Of a stretch of 64,000 nucleotides of DNA, positions 40,821 to 51,366 are shown in pieces. The notes below the pieces were generated by a model. It searched no databases. It had not been told where the DNA came from and worked only from the letters and a program-made list of their open reading frames with translations. This DNA comes from an uncultured delta proteobacterium (lineage in GTDB: Bacteria > Desulfobacterota > RBG-13-43-22). The stretch is from assembly GCA_963743305.1 (NCBI GenBank), contig CAVUPH010000013.1:230903-294902 (forward strand). Direction: 5' to 3'. The translations under genes were made by a program, and so were the position numbers. Each line of letters begins with the position of its first letter. Position 1 is the first letter of the stretch.

Positions 40821-41585
40821 ATGAGTTATCAGTTTATTCAGTTGGAAGTGAAAGAGGGGCTGGCGACCATTACCTTGAAGCGGGAGCCCTTGAATGTCCT
40901 GAACATCGCCATGATGAAGGAGATCAACCAGGCGCTTGATTCGCTGAAAGGGCAATCGTTTAAACTCCTCCTGTTCAAGGCGGCCGGCAAGGCCTTTTCG
41001 GCCGGGGTGGATGTGGGCGAGCACCTGGGCGACCAGGTCAACGAGATGATCGAGGTCTTTCATGGCATTTTCCGGCGGATGGATCAATTGCCGGCCATTT
41101 CCATTGCTTCGGTTCAGGGGGCGGCCCTGGGCGGGGGCTGTGAGCTGGCCCTGTACTGCGACCTGGTCGTCGCCTCGGAAAAGGCCAAGTTCGGTCAGCC
41201 GGAGATTCAGGTGGGTGTTTTCCCGCCTATTGCCGCCCTGATTATGCCCCGCCTGACGGCCCGCAAGAAGGCCCTGGAACTGATCCTCTCGGGGGAGATC
41301 ATCCCGGCCCAGGAAGCCCTGTCGCTGGGGTTGATCAACAAGGTGGTACCGGCCGAAGCCCTGGAGGAGGAACTGCAAAAATTTATGGGTAAGTTTTCCT
41401 GTTTAAGCGGGCTGGTTATGGCCCTGACCAAGAAGGCCTTCAACGCCGGGCTGATGGATCCGGCCGATCAGGGGCTTCTGGCCATCGAAAAGATTTACCT
41501 GCAGGAGATGATGAAGACCCACGACGCGGAGGAGGGGCTCAAGGCTTTCCTGGAGAAACGAAAGCCGGTCTGGCAGGAGAAGTAG
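40821..41585 (+). CDS. Enoyl-CoA hydratase/isomerase (resembles cyclohexadienoyl-CoA hydratase type)
   Basis: FSAGVDVGEH, ALGGGCEL, FGQPEIQVGVFPP, EGLKAFLEKRKP. Confidence 0.9.
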   Translation: MSYQFIQLEVKEGLATITLKREPLNVLNIAMMKEINQALDSLKGQSFKLLLFKAAGKAFSAGVDVGEHLGDQVNEMIEVFHGIFRRMDQLPAISIASVQGAALGGGCELALYCDLVVASEKAKFGQPEIQVGVFPPIAALIMPRLTARKKALELILSGEIIPAQEALSLGLINKVVPAEALEEELQKFMGKFSCLSGLVMALTKKAFNAGLMDPADQGLLAIEKIYLQEMMKTHDAEEGLKAFLEKRKPVWQEK

Positions 41586-41636
41586 CGTTTTCAATCCCGA
41601 GTCGAACCAGGCCAGCTAAGACAGGACAAGAACACT

Positions 41637-41960
41637 ATTCACCGCAGAGCCGCAGAGGGCACAGAGAAAATCTATTTTTCCATTGCCGGGAGATGCCGGC
41701 AATGGAAAACCACCTGTCGCTAACGCGAGGAAAAAAGTCCGTCAGAGAGTGTTTGTCATTCAAAACCCAGCGCAGAAGACCGAGACCCTTCGCAGAGTTT
41801 ATCCTGAGCCGAAAACCTAGATCCTTCGCTCCGCTCAGGATGACAAATAAAGAGGCGAAGGGCTCAGGATGAAAGGTTGGGACTTTTTGCGAGGTTATCA
41901 CCCTTCATTGTTTTGATATTCGGTCATTGGGATGTGTTTCGGATTTCGGGTTTGAACTTA
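41637..41960. repeat. Nest of small intergenic repeats
   Basis: CACCGCAGAGCCGCAGAGGGCACAGAG (similar at about 33360-33390); a 63-bp unit at 41783-41845 matching 50030-50092; TGTTTCGGATTTCG shared with 44149-44162. Confidence 0.65.
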
Positions 41961-41970
41961 AAATCAGGGT

Positions 41971-42372
41971 TTAGTTCCTGACGTTTTCCCGGATGTACCG
42001 GATGATATCCGCGGTATACGTCCCCGGGCCGAAGATCTCGGCGATGCCGGCGGCCTTCATGGCCGGGATATCTTCATCGGGGATGATCCCTCCCCCGACG
42101 ACCAATACATCGGGGATTCCTTTTTCCCGGACCAGTTCCATGACCCTCGGGAACAGGTACTCGTGGGCCCCGGAGAGGACGCTCAGGGCAATAACATCCG
42201 CGTCTTCCTGCATGGCCGTGGTCACAATCTGCTCCGGGGTCTGCCTGAGGCCGGTGTACACCACTTCCATCCCCGCATCCCGCAGGGCGTAGCAAATCAC
42301 CTTTATGCCCCGGTCGTGCCCGTCCAGGCCGGGCTTGGCCGCCAGTACCCTTATCTTTTTTGCTCCGGTCAT
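41971..42372 (-). CDS. Cobalamin-binding small subunit of an acyl-CoA mutase
   Basis: [32 protein letters not shown]. Confidence 0.93.
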   Translation of the reverse strand: MTGAKKIRVLAAKPGLDGHDRGIKVICYALRDAGMEVVYTGLRQTPEQIVTTAMQEDADVIALSVLSGAHEYLFPRVMELVREKGIPDVLVVGGGIIPDEDIPAMKAAGIAEIFGPGTYTADIIRYIRENVRN

Positions 42373-42383
42373 GATCGCACCTC

Positions 42384-44060
42384 CTACAGGGTTGAAACTG
42401 CGGTGTATTCGCCGAACACCTCCCGCAGGGTATCGCAGATTTCCCCCAGGGTGGCGTAAGCCCGGACGGCTTGCAGGATCAGCGGCAGGAGGTTGTCTTC
42501 GCCCTGGGCCGCCTTTTTGAGGGCGGTCAGGGAGGACTGCACCGCCCCGTTATCTCGTTTCTCCTTAAGCCGCTGCAATTTCTTCATCTGCTGTTCGCGC
42601 ACCGCCGGGTCCACCCGCAGCAATCCGGTGGGTTTGGGCTCCTGGACCTGGAATTTGTTCAGGCCCACCACGATCCGCGCGCCCTGTTCGACGGCCTTTT
42701 GATATTTGTAAGCGCTTTCCTGAATCTCCCGCTGAACGAAGCCTTGCTCAATGGCCGCAGCCGCTCCACCCAGCTCATCGATCCGGCGGATATAGTCTGC
42801 GGCCTGGCTTTCAATGGTATTGGTCAGGTGTTCGATGTAGTAGGAACCGGCCAGGGGGTCGATGGTCTCGGTCACGCCGGTTTCGTAGGCGATCAACTGT
42901 TGGGTTCGCAGGGCGATCTGCACGGCCTCCTGGGAAGGCAGGGCCAGGGCCTCATCCATGGAGTTGGTATGGAGGGACTGGGTCCCGCCTAAAACCGCCG
43001 ACAAGGCCTGGAAGGCCACCCGGACGATATTGTTCTTGGTCTGTTGAGCGGTCAGCGAACAGCCGGCGGTCTGGGTATGAAAACGGACCATCAAGGAGCG
43101 GGGGTCCTTGGCCCCGAAGCGTTCCTTCATAATCCGGGCCCAAAGTCTCCGGGCGGCCCGGTACTTGGCCACTTCTTCCAGAAAATCCAGATGGGCGTTG
43201 AAAAAGAAGGACAGCCGGGGCCCGATCACATCCACTCCCAACCCGGCCTTCCCGGCCGCTTCCACATAAGCGATGCCGTTGGCCAGGGTAAAGGCCACCT
43301 CCTGAACGGCCGTGGAGCCGGCCTCCCGGATATGATAGCCGCTGATGCTGATGGTATTCCATTTGGGAACCTGTCGGGTGCAGAATTCGAAAATATTGGT
43401 GATGATCCGGAGCGAAGGCTGGGGCGGAAAGATGTAGGTGCCCCGGGAGGAATATTCTTTTAAGATATCGTTCTGGATGGTCCCGTTCAGGGACTCTGAG
43501 GAAACCCCCTGCTTTTCGGCCACCCCGATGTACATGGCCAATAAAATGGCCGCCGGAGCATTGATGGTCATGGAGGTGCTGACTTTGTCCAGGGGGATCC
43601 CGTCAAAGAGCAGTTCCATATCCTCCAGGGAGTCGATGGCCACCCCCACTTTGCCCACCTCCCCCTGGGAGAGGGGATGATCGGAATCGTAGCCGATCTG
43701 GGTGGGGAGATCGAAGGCGACCGACAGCCCGGTTTGACCCTGATCCAGGAGATACTTGTACCGCTGGTTGGATTCCTCGGCGCTGGCAAACCCGGCATAC
43801 TGGCGCATGGTCCAGAACCTTCCCCGGTACATGGTGGGCTGGACCCCCCGGGTGTAAGGATATTCACCGGGGAACCCGAGGTCCCGTTCATAATCCAGGT
43901 CGGGGATTTCGGCCGGCGTGTAGATACGCTCCAGGGGTATCTCGGAAAGGGTGGTGAATTCTTTTTTTCGCTCCGGGGCCTTGGCCAGCTTGGCCTCAAC
44001 CTTCTGGTTCCATTTTCCCTGTTGCTGTATTAAGGCTTCAAGTTTGGTGGGATCAAACAT
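42384..44060 (-). CDS. Methylmalonyl-CoA mutase family large (catalytic) subunit
   Basis: [18 protein letters not shown] (Tyr at the specificity position), [42 protein letters not shown]. Confidence 0.95.
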   Translation of the reverse strand: MFDPTKLEALIQQQGKWNQKVEAKLAKAPERKKEFTTLSEIPLERIYTPAEIPDLDYERDLGFPGEYPYTRGVQPTMYRGRFWTMRQYAGFASAEESNQRYKYLLDQGQTGLSVAFDLPTQIGYDSDHPLSQGEVGKVGVAIDSLEDMELLFDGIPLDKVSTSMTINAPAAILLAMYIGVAEKQGVSSESLNGTIQNDILKEYSSRGTYIFPPQPSLRIITNIFEFCTRQVPKWNTISISGYHIREAGSTAVQEVAFTLANGIAYVEAAGKAGLGVDVIGPRLSFFFNAHLDFLEEVAKYRAARRLWARIMKERFGAKDPRSLMVRFHTQTAGCSLTAQQTKNNIVRVAFQALSAVLGGTQSLHTNSMDEALALPSQEAVQIALRTQQLIAYETGVTETIDPLAGSYYIEHLTNTIESQAADYIRRIDELGGAAAAIEQGFVQREIQESAYKYQKAVEQGARIVVGLNKFQVQEPKPTGLLRVDPAVREQQMKKLQRLKEKRDNGAVQSSLTALKKAAQGEDNLLPLILQAVRAYATLGEICDTLREVFGEYTAVSTL

Positions 44061-44208
44061 GGACCGCTCCTTCTAGCAAGGGTAAACCTTAAATCCGAAA
44101 TTCCAGGAATTCGTTGTCTTGAACATTTGGATTTTGGGCATTCGTGCTTGTTTCGGATTTCGTGCTTCGAATTTCGGGTTTAGGTGATCCAGTATCCAGC
44201 ATCGGCAG

Positions 44209-45762
44209 TTAAAGCGGAATATTCCCATGCCGCCTGGGGAGCTTGCGGACATCGATTTTGGTTTCTAATGATTCCAGAGCGCGAATCAACTTGGGCCGGG
44301 TGTACTCCGGCAGGATGATTTCATCGATATACCCCAGTTCAGCGGCCTTGTAGGGGCTGGCGAAAGTCCGCCGGTATTCCTCGACCAGTTCCTTACGGGT
44401 CTTCTCCGGGTCCGCCGATTCATTGATCTGGTTGCGGAAGACGATGGGCACCGCGCCGTCCGGTCCCATGACGGCGATCTCGGCCATGGGATAAGCAAAA
44501 TTGATATCCCCGCCGTGATGCTTGCTGCCCATGACGTCGTAAGCCCCGCCGTAGGCCTTACGGGTGATCAGGGTGATCTTCGGCACCGAGGCGTCGCAGT
44601 AGGCATAAATGATCTTGGCCCCGTGGCGGATGATGCCCCCGTGTTCCTGGGCCACACCGGGCAGAAATCCCGGTACGTCCACAAAAGTGATGATGGGCAG
44701 GTTGAAACAGTCACAGAAGCGCACAAAACGGGCGCATTTATCCGAGGCGTTGATATCCAGACAGCCGGCCAGCGCCCGGGGTTGATTGGCCACAATCCCC
44801 ACCGGCGTCCCGTTCAGGCGGGCGAAGCCGACCACCATATTGGGAGCATACATTTTTTGAGTTTCAAAAAATTTTCGGTCATCCACGACGGTGAGGATGA
44901 TTTTTTTTATATCGTAAGGCGTTCGGGGATTTTCCGGAATGATATTCCGGAGTTCCAAATCGATCCGGTTGGGATCGTCCCGGGTGGGCAGTTTCGGAGC
45001 CTTTTCGTGGCAATTCTGGGGCAGGAAGGACAGGAGTTCCCGGACCTTATCCAGGGCCGCCCGATCATCCTTGGCCGACAGGTGCGCCACCCCGCTGGTG
45101 GAGTTGTGCCGGATGGCTCCGCCCAGGGCTTCCGGTTCCACCTCTTCATGGGTTACGGCCTTGATCACCTGAGGTCCGGTGATGAACATGTGGCTGGTCT
45201 TTTCCACCATGATAATAAAATCGGTGATGGCCGGGGAATAGACGGCCCCTCCGGCGCAGGGTCCCATGATCACCGATATCTGGGGAATGATGCCGGAACA
45301 TTGGACATTCCGGCGGAAAATTTCTCCGTAGCTGCCCAGGCTGAGCACCCCTTCCTGGATCCGGGCCCCGCCGGAATCATTGAGGCCAATGATGGGCGCC
45401 CCGTTGCGCTGGGCCAGATCCATGACCTTGCAGATCTTTTCACCGAAAGGTCCGCTCAGACTCCCGCCAAAAACAGTAAAGTCCTGGGAGAAGACATAAA
45501 CCAGCCGGCCGTTGATGCGTCCGTATCCGGTTACCACCCCGTCCCCGAAAATTTTCTGCTTTTCCATGCCGAAATCGGTACAGCGATGGACTACAAATTT
45601 ATCGAATTCCTCAAAGGTCCCCTTATCCAGAAGGTGTTCGACCCGTTCCCGGGCCGTCAATTTGCCCTTTTTATGCTGGGCATCGATCTTGTCCTGACCA
45701 CCGGCCAATTCCGCCAGGGCGTTCAACTCGATCAATTCTTTGATTCGATCCTCTACCGTCAT
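44209..45762 (-). CDS. Acyl-CoA carboxyltransferase (propionyl-CoA carboxylase beta / methylmalonyl-CoA decarboxylase alpha type)
   Basis: [61 protein letters not shown]. Confidence 0.95.
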   Translation of the reverse strand: MTVEDRIKELIELNALAELAGGQDKIDAQHKKGKLTARERVEHLLDKGTFEEFDKFVVHRCTDFGMEKQKIFGDGVVTGYGRINGRLVYVFSQDFTVFGGSLSGPFGEKICKVMDLAQRNGAPIIGLNDSGGARIQEGVLSLGSYGEIFRRNVQCSGIIPQISVIMGPCAGGAVYSPAITDFIIMVEKTSHMFITGPQVIKAVTHEEVEPEALGGAIRHNSTSGVAHLSAKDDRAALDKVRELLSFLPQNCHEKAPKLPTRDDPNRIDLELRNIIPENPRTPYDIKKIILTVVDDRKFFETQKMYAPNMVVGFARLNGTPVGIVANQPRALAGCLDINASDKCARFVRFCDCFNLPIITFVDVPGFLPGVAQEHGGIIRHGAKIIYAYCDASVPKITLITRKAYGGAYDVMGSKHHGGDINFAYPMAEIAVMGPDGAVPIVFRNQINESADPEKTRKELVEEYRRTFASPYKAAELGYIDEIILPEYTRPKLIRALESLETKIDVRKLPRRHGNIPL

Positions 45763-45784
45763 AGTAATCACCTTGTTATTAAAC

Positions 45785-45820
45785 AAAAAAGGGTTGAGAT
45801 ACCCTTCATCTCAACCCTTT
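45785..45820 (-). terminator. Intra-cluster intrinsic terminator after the biotin carrier gene
   Basis: Minus strand AAAGGGTTGAGAT-GAAGGGT-ATCTCAACCC-TTTTTT. Confidence 0.65.
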
Positions 45821-45832
45821 CGCCGGGGATTT

Positions 45833-46045
45833 TCACTCAGTAATTATGATTACCTGATCGGCCTCCACCGAGGACCCTTTTTCCACTTTGATCTCTTTTA
45901 CCGTGCCGCCGGTATAGGCTAAAATCGGCATTTCCATTTTCATGGCCTCGATGATGGCCACTTCGTCGTCCTCCTGGACCGCATCTCCAATATTCACTTT
46001 AATATCAATTACTTTCCCCGCCATGGGGGCTACTATTTCAGCCAC
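45833..46045 (-). CDS. Biotin carboxyl carrier protein (stand-alone biotinyl domain)
   Basis: APMAGKV, EAMKME; GTG start after GGAGG. Confidence 0.92.
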   Translation of the reverse strand: MAEIVAPMAGKVIDIKVNIGDAVQEDDEVAIIEAMKMEMPILAYTGGTVKEIKVEKGSSVEADQVIIITE

Positions 46046-46272
46046 AATACCATCCTCCTTTAGTTTAGTTTATTTGTCGGCAGTTGAAAACCAGGTTTCG
46101 AGGGCTATCCCCCTCCGCTCTTGGCGGATTGCCGGGTCGGCGGACTCGAAAAAAATGTTATGCTCATTGCAGGGCCACAGCCTTATGAGTGCCGGGCCTG
46201 CAGTCTCTTTTATGGGTAGTTAACAGCGTCATTTAGCTGAATTCCCAAACGATTGTCAAGCAGAAAGATAGT

Positions 46273-48102
46273 TTAGATTTCCCCTTCCTGTTCCATCTTA
46301 ACCAGGTCTTCGAACTTAAGGTCGATGCCCAGGATCCCCACAATATCTTCCTCCGGGTTGCGGACCGGGCCGGAAACGGTGATGCACAGGGCCCCGGTGA
46401 TGCGGGAGGTATAGAAATCGGAGATAAAAATCTTGCCGTCCTTGATGGGCTGGGTGAACCAGGAACGACCGGAAAAATCCTCGTCCAATTTAATTACCTG
46501 ATACTTGGCCCGGTCCACGATGCGGGTAATGTTTTTAGTGATCTTTTTCCCTTCCAGGTTGATGACATAAATAAATTGGATGAAGGGATTGAGCTCGATA
46601 AAATTTTCCAAGACCGGCTCCTGCTGGTCCGGATTCATGGACCGAATTTCCTCCTGTTCCAGGATCTCCTCGACGATATGATAGGCCAGTTGGTAGGCCT
46701 TCTGTTTCAAGGCGTCGAATTCCGAGAGGAAATATTCGGGCAGGTATCTCCGGCTGACCCGCATCATTTCCTGGGTGGAGAGGGAGGTTACCCGGCCTTC
46801 CTCGTATTGCCGCATGACCCACTTGTATATTTTGTGAACCCCCGGATGATTCTTGGAGATCATTTTTGGTCCGGTGAGGTTGAGGTGCTTATTGAGCCAA
46901 TGGACGATCCCCGCGGTTCCGGATTTGTCGGTAATGATGATACTGATCGGGCGGCCTAAGATCTTATCGGTGTTAAAGATATTATAAATCTCTTCGTTTT
47001 TGATCAGACCGTCGGCGTGGATCCCGGCGCTGGTGGCGTTGAAATCCGTCCCCACAAAGGGATAATTGGAGGGAATCTGGAAATGGATTTCTTTTTCAAA
47101 AAAATCCGCCATCTCGGTGATTACCCTGGTGTTGATGCCGTTATTCCGGCCCAGGAGGCTGATATATTCGATCAGGAGCCCTTCAATGGGGGTATTGCCG
47201 GTCCGTTCCCCGAATCCCAGCAGGGCGCCGTTGATGGCGGCACAGCCGTAGAGCCAGGCCGTGGTGGCGTTGATGAAACCCTTGTGAAAATCGTTGTGGC
47301 CGTGCCATTCCAGCAGGCTGCCGGGCACCCCGGCATCTTCGATCATGGCCCGGATCAGCCGGGGCACGCTCCGGGGCAGGGCGGTCCCGGGGTAGGTTAC
47401 CCCGTAGCCCATGGTATCGCAGAGACGGATCTTGATGTCGATGCCCGAGGATTCCCGCAATTTCATGAGCTCGAGGGCAAAGGGAATGCAAAAACCGTAG
47501 ATGTCGGCTCGGGTGATGTCTTCAAAGTGGCAGCGGGGGGTAATTCCCAATTCCAAGGCCCGGTTGACGATTTCCAGGTATTGGTCCAGGGCCTTGGGCC
47601 GGTCCAGGTTGAGTTTGTAAAAAATATGGTAATCGGAGACGGAGGTCAAGATCCCGGTTTCCTTGAGGCCCAGCTCCTGAACCAGTTCCAGGTCCTTGGG
47701 GTGGGCTCGGATCCAGCCGGTGATCTCCGGATAGGGAAGGTCTCTTTCCCGGCAGCGCCGAACCGCTTCCTTATCCCGATCGCTGTACAGAAAAAATTCC
47801 GTTTGGCGGATGACCCCCCGGGGGCCGGAAAGGCGGCTGAGGAAATCAAAAATGTGGAGGATCTGTTCCACCGAATAGGGGGGCCGGGCCTGTTGTCCGT
47901 CCCGAAAGGTGGTGTCGGTGATCCAGATCTCATCGGCCGGGTCGATGGGTATAAACTTGTGATCGAAGTCAATCCGGCAGACCTCCTCGTAGGGGAAAAC
48001 ATCCCTTTGCAGGTTGGGCTCGGAAATATTTTTCAGGTCATATTGCCAGAACCGGGTATGTTCATGGTCCAGGACTTTTTTGAGGGGATTCCAGCGGGCC
48101 AT
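46273..48102 (-). CDS. Re-citrate-synthase-like DRE-TIM metallolyase with a C-terminal Cache/PDC-like domain
   Basis: ITDTTFRDGQQ, TSVSDYHI, RCHFEDITRAD, CDTMG, WHGHND, GERTGN, AGIHADG; tail FSGRSWF...YTSRITGALCITVSGPV...VGILGIDL. Confidence 0.8.
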   Translation of the reverse strand: MARWNPLKKVLDHEHTRFWQYDLKNISEPNLQRDVFPYEEVCRIDFDHKFIPIDPADEIWITDTTFRDGQQARPPYSVEQILHIFDFLSRLSGPRGVIRQTEFFLYSDRDKEAVRRCRERDLPYPEITGWIRAHPKDLELVQELGLKETGILTSVSDYHIFYKLNLDRPKALDQYLEIVNRALELGITPRCHFEDITRADIYGFCIPFALELMKLRESSGIDIKIRLCDTMGYGVTYPGTALPRSVPRLIRAMIEDAGVPGSLLEWHGHNDFHKGFINATTAWLYGCAAINGALLGFGERTGNTPIEGLLIEYISLLGRNNGINTRVITEMADFFEKEIHFQIPSNYPFVGTDFNATSAGIHADGLIKNEEIYNIFNTDKILGRPISIIITDKSGTAGIVHWLNKHLNLTGPKMISKNHPGVHKIYKWVMRQYEEGRVTSLSTQEMMRVSRRYLPEYFLSEFDALKQKAYQLAYHIVEEILEQEEIRSMNPDQQEPVLENFIELNPFIQFIYVINLEGKKITKNITRIVDRAKYQVIKLDEDFSGRSWFTQPIKDGKIFISDFYTSRITGALCITVSGPVRNPEEDIVGILGIDLKFEDLVKMEQEGEI

Positions 48103-48114
48103 AAAAAACTCCTC

Positions 48115-49899
48115 TTATTTTTTGACATCCAATCGGATTCCCAGTTCGTTCAACTGGATCCGGTCGACGGTCGAAGGGGCGTTGGTCAACAGACAGACGG
48201 CCTTCTGGGTTTTGGGAAAGGCGATGACTTCCCTCAGGGAGCCGGCCCCGGTCATCAGCATGACCAGCCGGTCCAGGCCGAAGGCAATCCCCCCGTGGGG
48301 CGGGGCCCCCAGTTCCAGGGCTTCCAGGAGAAAGCCGAATTTTTCCTCCGCTTCCTCGGAAGAGATATCCAATACTTTGAAAATGCGTTCCTGCAGGGCG
48401 CGCTGGTGGATTCGGATGCTGCCGCCCCCGATTTCGCTGCCGTTCAGCACCAGGTCATAGGCCCGGGAGCGGACGGCCTCCGGATTGGTTTCCAGCCGGG
48501 GAAGATCTTCTTCCAGCGGGGCGGTGAAAGGATGATGGACGGCTGCATAGCGGCCTTCCTCCGTCCGGTATTCCAGCAGGGGGAACTGATCGACCCAGAC
48601 GAATTCATACTGGTCCGATCGTGGGGGGGCGATTTTGGGGCCGAGGTGCAACCGGACTTTTCCCAGCACCTCGTGCACCACGGCCGGAATATCGGCCTGA
48701 AAGAGGACCAAGTCCCCCGGTCCGGCTTCCAGGGCCTGATCGATGCTCCGGCGTTCCTCCTCGGTCAAAAATTTTGCCAGAGGGGATTGCCAGCCCTCGG
48801 GGTTGATCTTGGACCAGGCCAATCCTTTGGCCCCCCAGCTCATGGCCAGGGCCACCAGGTCGTCCAGTTCCTTCCGGGAGAAGGACCCGCCGCCCGGCAC
48901 CCGGATGGCTTTCACGCACCCTCCTTTTTGGGCGGCCTCGGCAAAAACCTTGGCCCCTGAATCCTTGACCAGGGGAGTCAGGTCCTTCAGGGGCAACCCG
49001 AAACGCAGGTCGGGGCGATCCGTTCCGTATTGGTTCATGGCCTGGTGGTAGGAGAGACGCTGGAAGGGCCGGTTAACCGTGATCCCCAGGGTTTCCGCGA
49101 AAAGTTGGACGATCATTTCCTCCATCAACTCAATAATTTCTTCTTCCTCGATAAAGGAAAACTCCATATCCAACTGGGTGAATTCCGGCTGCCGGTCGGC
49201 GCGCAGGTCTTCATCCCGAAAACAGCGCACCACCTGGTAGTAGCGGTCAAAGCCGGCCACCATCAGCAGTTGCTTGAACAGTTGGGGGGACTGGGGCAGG
49301 GCGTAGAATTTTCCCGCCTGCACCCGGCTGGGTACCAGATAATCCCGGGCGCCCTCGGGGGTGCTTTTGGTCAGGAAGGGGGTCTCGACATCCACCAAAC
49401 CCCGCTGGTTCAGGAATTGTCGCACGAATTGAGTGACCCGGTGTCGGAAAAGGAAATTCTTTTGCAGGGAGGGCCGCCGCAGGTCCAGATACCGATAGCG
49501 CAAGCGGACGGCCTCGGAAACCTCGGCCGAGTCCTCTAAGGAAAAAGGCGGGGTTTTGGAGGTATTGAGCAGACGGTATTCCTGAACCAGCACCTCAATT
49601 TCCCCGGTTTTTAAATTAGGGTTGGTCATCCCCTCCGGCCTTCCACGGACCAGGCCCTGGATGGTCAGGACAAATTCGTTCCGTAGTTGGTGGGCCTCCT
49701 GGTGGGCCTGGGCATTGGTCTCGGGGTTGAATACCACCTGGGTGATCCCGGACCGGTCGCGGAGATCGATAAATATCAAACCCCCATGGTCCCGGCGGGT
49801 ATCTACCCACCCGGCCAGGGTTACGGTTCGTCCGATGTCTTTAATACTCAGGGACCCGCAATCGTGGGTCCGCCGCCAAGGGTGATCGTGATGGGTCAA
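48115..49899 (-). CDS. aspS: Aspartate-tRNA ligase
   Basis: RTHDCG, RDHGG (non-discriminating-type His), RYRYLDLRR, TPEGARD, FRDEDLRADRQPEFTQ, PPHGGIAFGLDR. Confidence 0.97.
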   Translation of the reverse strand: MTHHDHPWRRTHDCGSLSIKDIGRTVTLAGWVDTRRDHGGLIFIDLRDRSGITQVVFNPETNAQAHQEAHQLRNEFVLTIQGLVRGRPEGMTNPNLKTGEIEVLVQEYRLLNTSKTPPFSLEDSAEVSEAVRLRYRYLDLRRPSLQKNFLFRHRVTQFVRQFLNQRGLVDVETPFLTKSTPEGARDYLVPSRVQAGKFYALPQSPQLFKQLLMVAGFDRYYQVVRCFRDEDLRADRQPEFTQLDMEFSFIEEEEIIELMEEMIVQLFAETLGITVNRPFQRLSYHQAMNQYGTDRPDLRFGLPLKDLTPLVKDSGAKVFAEAAQKGGCVKAIRVPGGGSFSRKELDDLVALAMSWGAKGLAWSKINPEGWQSPLAKFLTEEERRSIDQALEAGPGDLVLFQADIPAVVHEVLGKVRLHLGPKIAPPRSDQYEFVWVDQFPLLEYRTEEGRYAAVHHPFTAPLEEDLPRLETNPEAVRSRAYDLVLNGSEIGGGSIRIHQRALQERIFKVLDISSEEAEEKFGFLLEALELGAPPHGGIAFGLDRLVMLMTGAGSLREVIAFPKTQKAVCLLTNAPSTVDRIQLNELGIRLDVKK

Positions 49900-50016
49900 G
49901 ATGTTCTCCTTATCAATTAAAGTCGCTGAATCGAAATGAATCGTTTTCTAAAGGAAAAACCAGTCAAAGCGTGTCTTGTCATTCTGGAGCTGAATCGCGA
50001 TAGAATCTCGTACTGG

Positions 50017-51366
50017 TTAACAGGATAAAAGATCCCTCGCGGAGTTTATCCAAAGCAGAAAACCGAGACCCTTCGCTTCACTCAGGATGACAGGCGAAGG
50101 TTTTTTTCGATCCAATTCATACCGCTGGCTGATAAAATCCACCAGATCGGCCAGCGGCACTTCCTCCTGGGTTTTATTTTCCATGATCCGCACGATGGCC
50201 CGGCCTTTTTCCAGTTCCTCGCTTCCGGTTATGACCACCAGAGGAGCGCGCAATTTGTCGGCCCGGCGAAACTGGCTTTTAAGGCTTTTCTCCTCCGGTT
50301 CCATCTCGGCCGGGACCCCTTGCTCACGGAGGGACTGTACCCAGTGGAACGCCCGACGGCGGGCGTCTTCCCCCAGGGCGGCGAAAAAAACAAAGGGATT
50401 TGTTTCCCATGGTGGATCCTCTCCCAGCAGCAGCGCCGCCCGCTCCAATCCGATGGCGAAACCGATCGCCGGCAGGTCCGGTCCGCCGAGGGTCTTCAGC
50501 AGTCCGTCGTAGCGTCCGCCCCCGGCCACGGCATCCTGGGCCCCGAGATGTGCGGCGCTGACTTCAAAAGTGGTCCGGCAGTAATAATCCAGACCCCGGA
50601 CCAGTCGCGGGTCCAGGACGATGGGGATCTCCCAGGGAGACAGCAATTCCTGAACCCGTTCAAAGTGGTCCCGGCAGGCCGGACAGCAGAAGTCCGGTAT
50701 GGCCGGCGCCTCCCGCAGGAATTCCTGGCAGCGCTCCACCTTGCAGTCAAAGACCCGCAGGGGGTTGGTCGTGATCCGGCGCCGACAGTCCTCGCAAAAG
50801 GACCCTTTCCGGTCCTCGAAAAAATCCTGGAGCGCGGCGGCAAAGGAAGGGCGGCAGGCCGGGCAGCCCAGGGAATTCAAGCGCAGGCGGATGTCGGCCA
50901 ATCCAACGGCTTTCAGAATCTGGATCAGCAGCAGGATGATCTCGGCATCGGTATAGGGACCGGCCGAGCCCAGGCACTCGGCGTTGATCTGGTGAAACTG
51001 CCGTAAGCGTCCTTTCTGGGGGCGCTCGTGGCGGAACATGGGGCCGATGCTGAAAAGCTTCTGCAAGGGCTGCTGGGTATGGAGGTGGTGCTCGATAAAG
51101 GCCCGCAGGACCGAGGCGGTGGCTTCCGGCCGCAGGGTGACCGAATCCCCGCTGCGGTCGACAAAGGTGTACATTTCCTTTTCGACGATGTCGGTGGCGG
51201 CCCCGATGGTCCGGGCGAACAACTCGGTTTTTTCCAGTATGGGAGTCTTTATTTCCGCGTATCCGTAATTTTGAAAGATTTTTCGGGCGGTCTGTTCCAG
51301 GAAAGCCCATTTCTCGCTTTCCCCGGGAAGCACGTCCTTAAATCCTTTTAACGCCTGAAGGGCCAT
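50017..51366 (-). CDS. hisS: Histidine-tRNA ligase with repeat-derived C-terminal extension
   Basis: KEMYTF, LRPEATA, FRHERPQKGRLRQFHQ, LVRGLDYY, GGGRYD, GFAIGLER. Confidence 0.97.
   Translation of the reverse strand: MALQALKGFKDVLPGESEKWAFLEQTARKIFQNYGYAEIKTPILEKTELFARTIGAATDIVEKEMYTFVDRSGDSVTLRPEATASVLRAFIEHHLHTQQPLQKLFSIGPMFRHERPQKGRLRQFHQINAECLGSAGPYTDAEIILLLIQILKAVGLADIRLRLNSLGCPACRPSFAAALQDFFEDRKGSFCEDCRRRITTNPLRVFDCKVERCQEFLREAPAIPDFCCPACRDHFERVQELLSPWEIPIVLDPRLVRGLDYYCRTTFEVSAAHLGAQDAVAGGGRYDGLLKTLGGPDLPAIGFAIGLERAALLLGEDPPWETNPFVFFAALGEDARRRAFHWVQSLREQGVPAEMEPEEKSLKSQFRRADKLRAPLVVITGSEELEKGRAIVRIMENKTQEEVPLADLVDFISQRYELDRKKPSPVILSEAKGLGFLLWINSARDLLSC
50030..50092. repeat. 63-bp GTCATCCTGAG-type repeat inside the hisS 3' end
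   Basis: Aligns without gaps to the intergenic copy at 41783-41845. Related fragments lie at about 11254, 51430-51525 and 54993-55015. Confidence 0.75.

Noticed and set aside
40749-41378. Minus-strand ORF that could explain the terminator at 40167-40204
   Set aside because: It is an antisense shadow of the enoyl-CoA hydratase and ends more than 500 nt away.
41635-41901. 88-aa ORF containing VILSGAKDL
   Set aside because: It is a translation of intergenic repeats.
47017-48960. 647-aa plus-strand ORF (also 44515-45843, 37862-39091, 22578-23591, 21154-22131)
   Set aside because: Antisense shadows of well-supported GC-rich genes, with no recognisable motifs.
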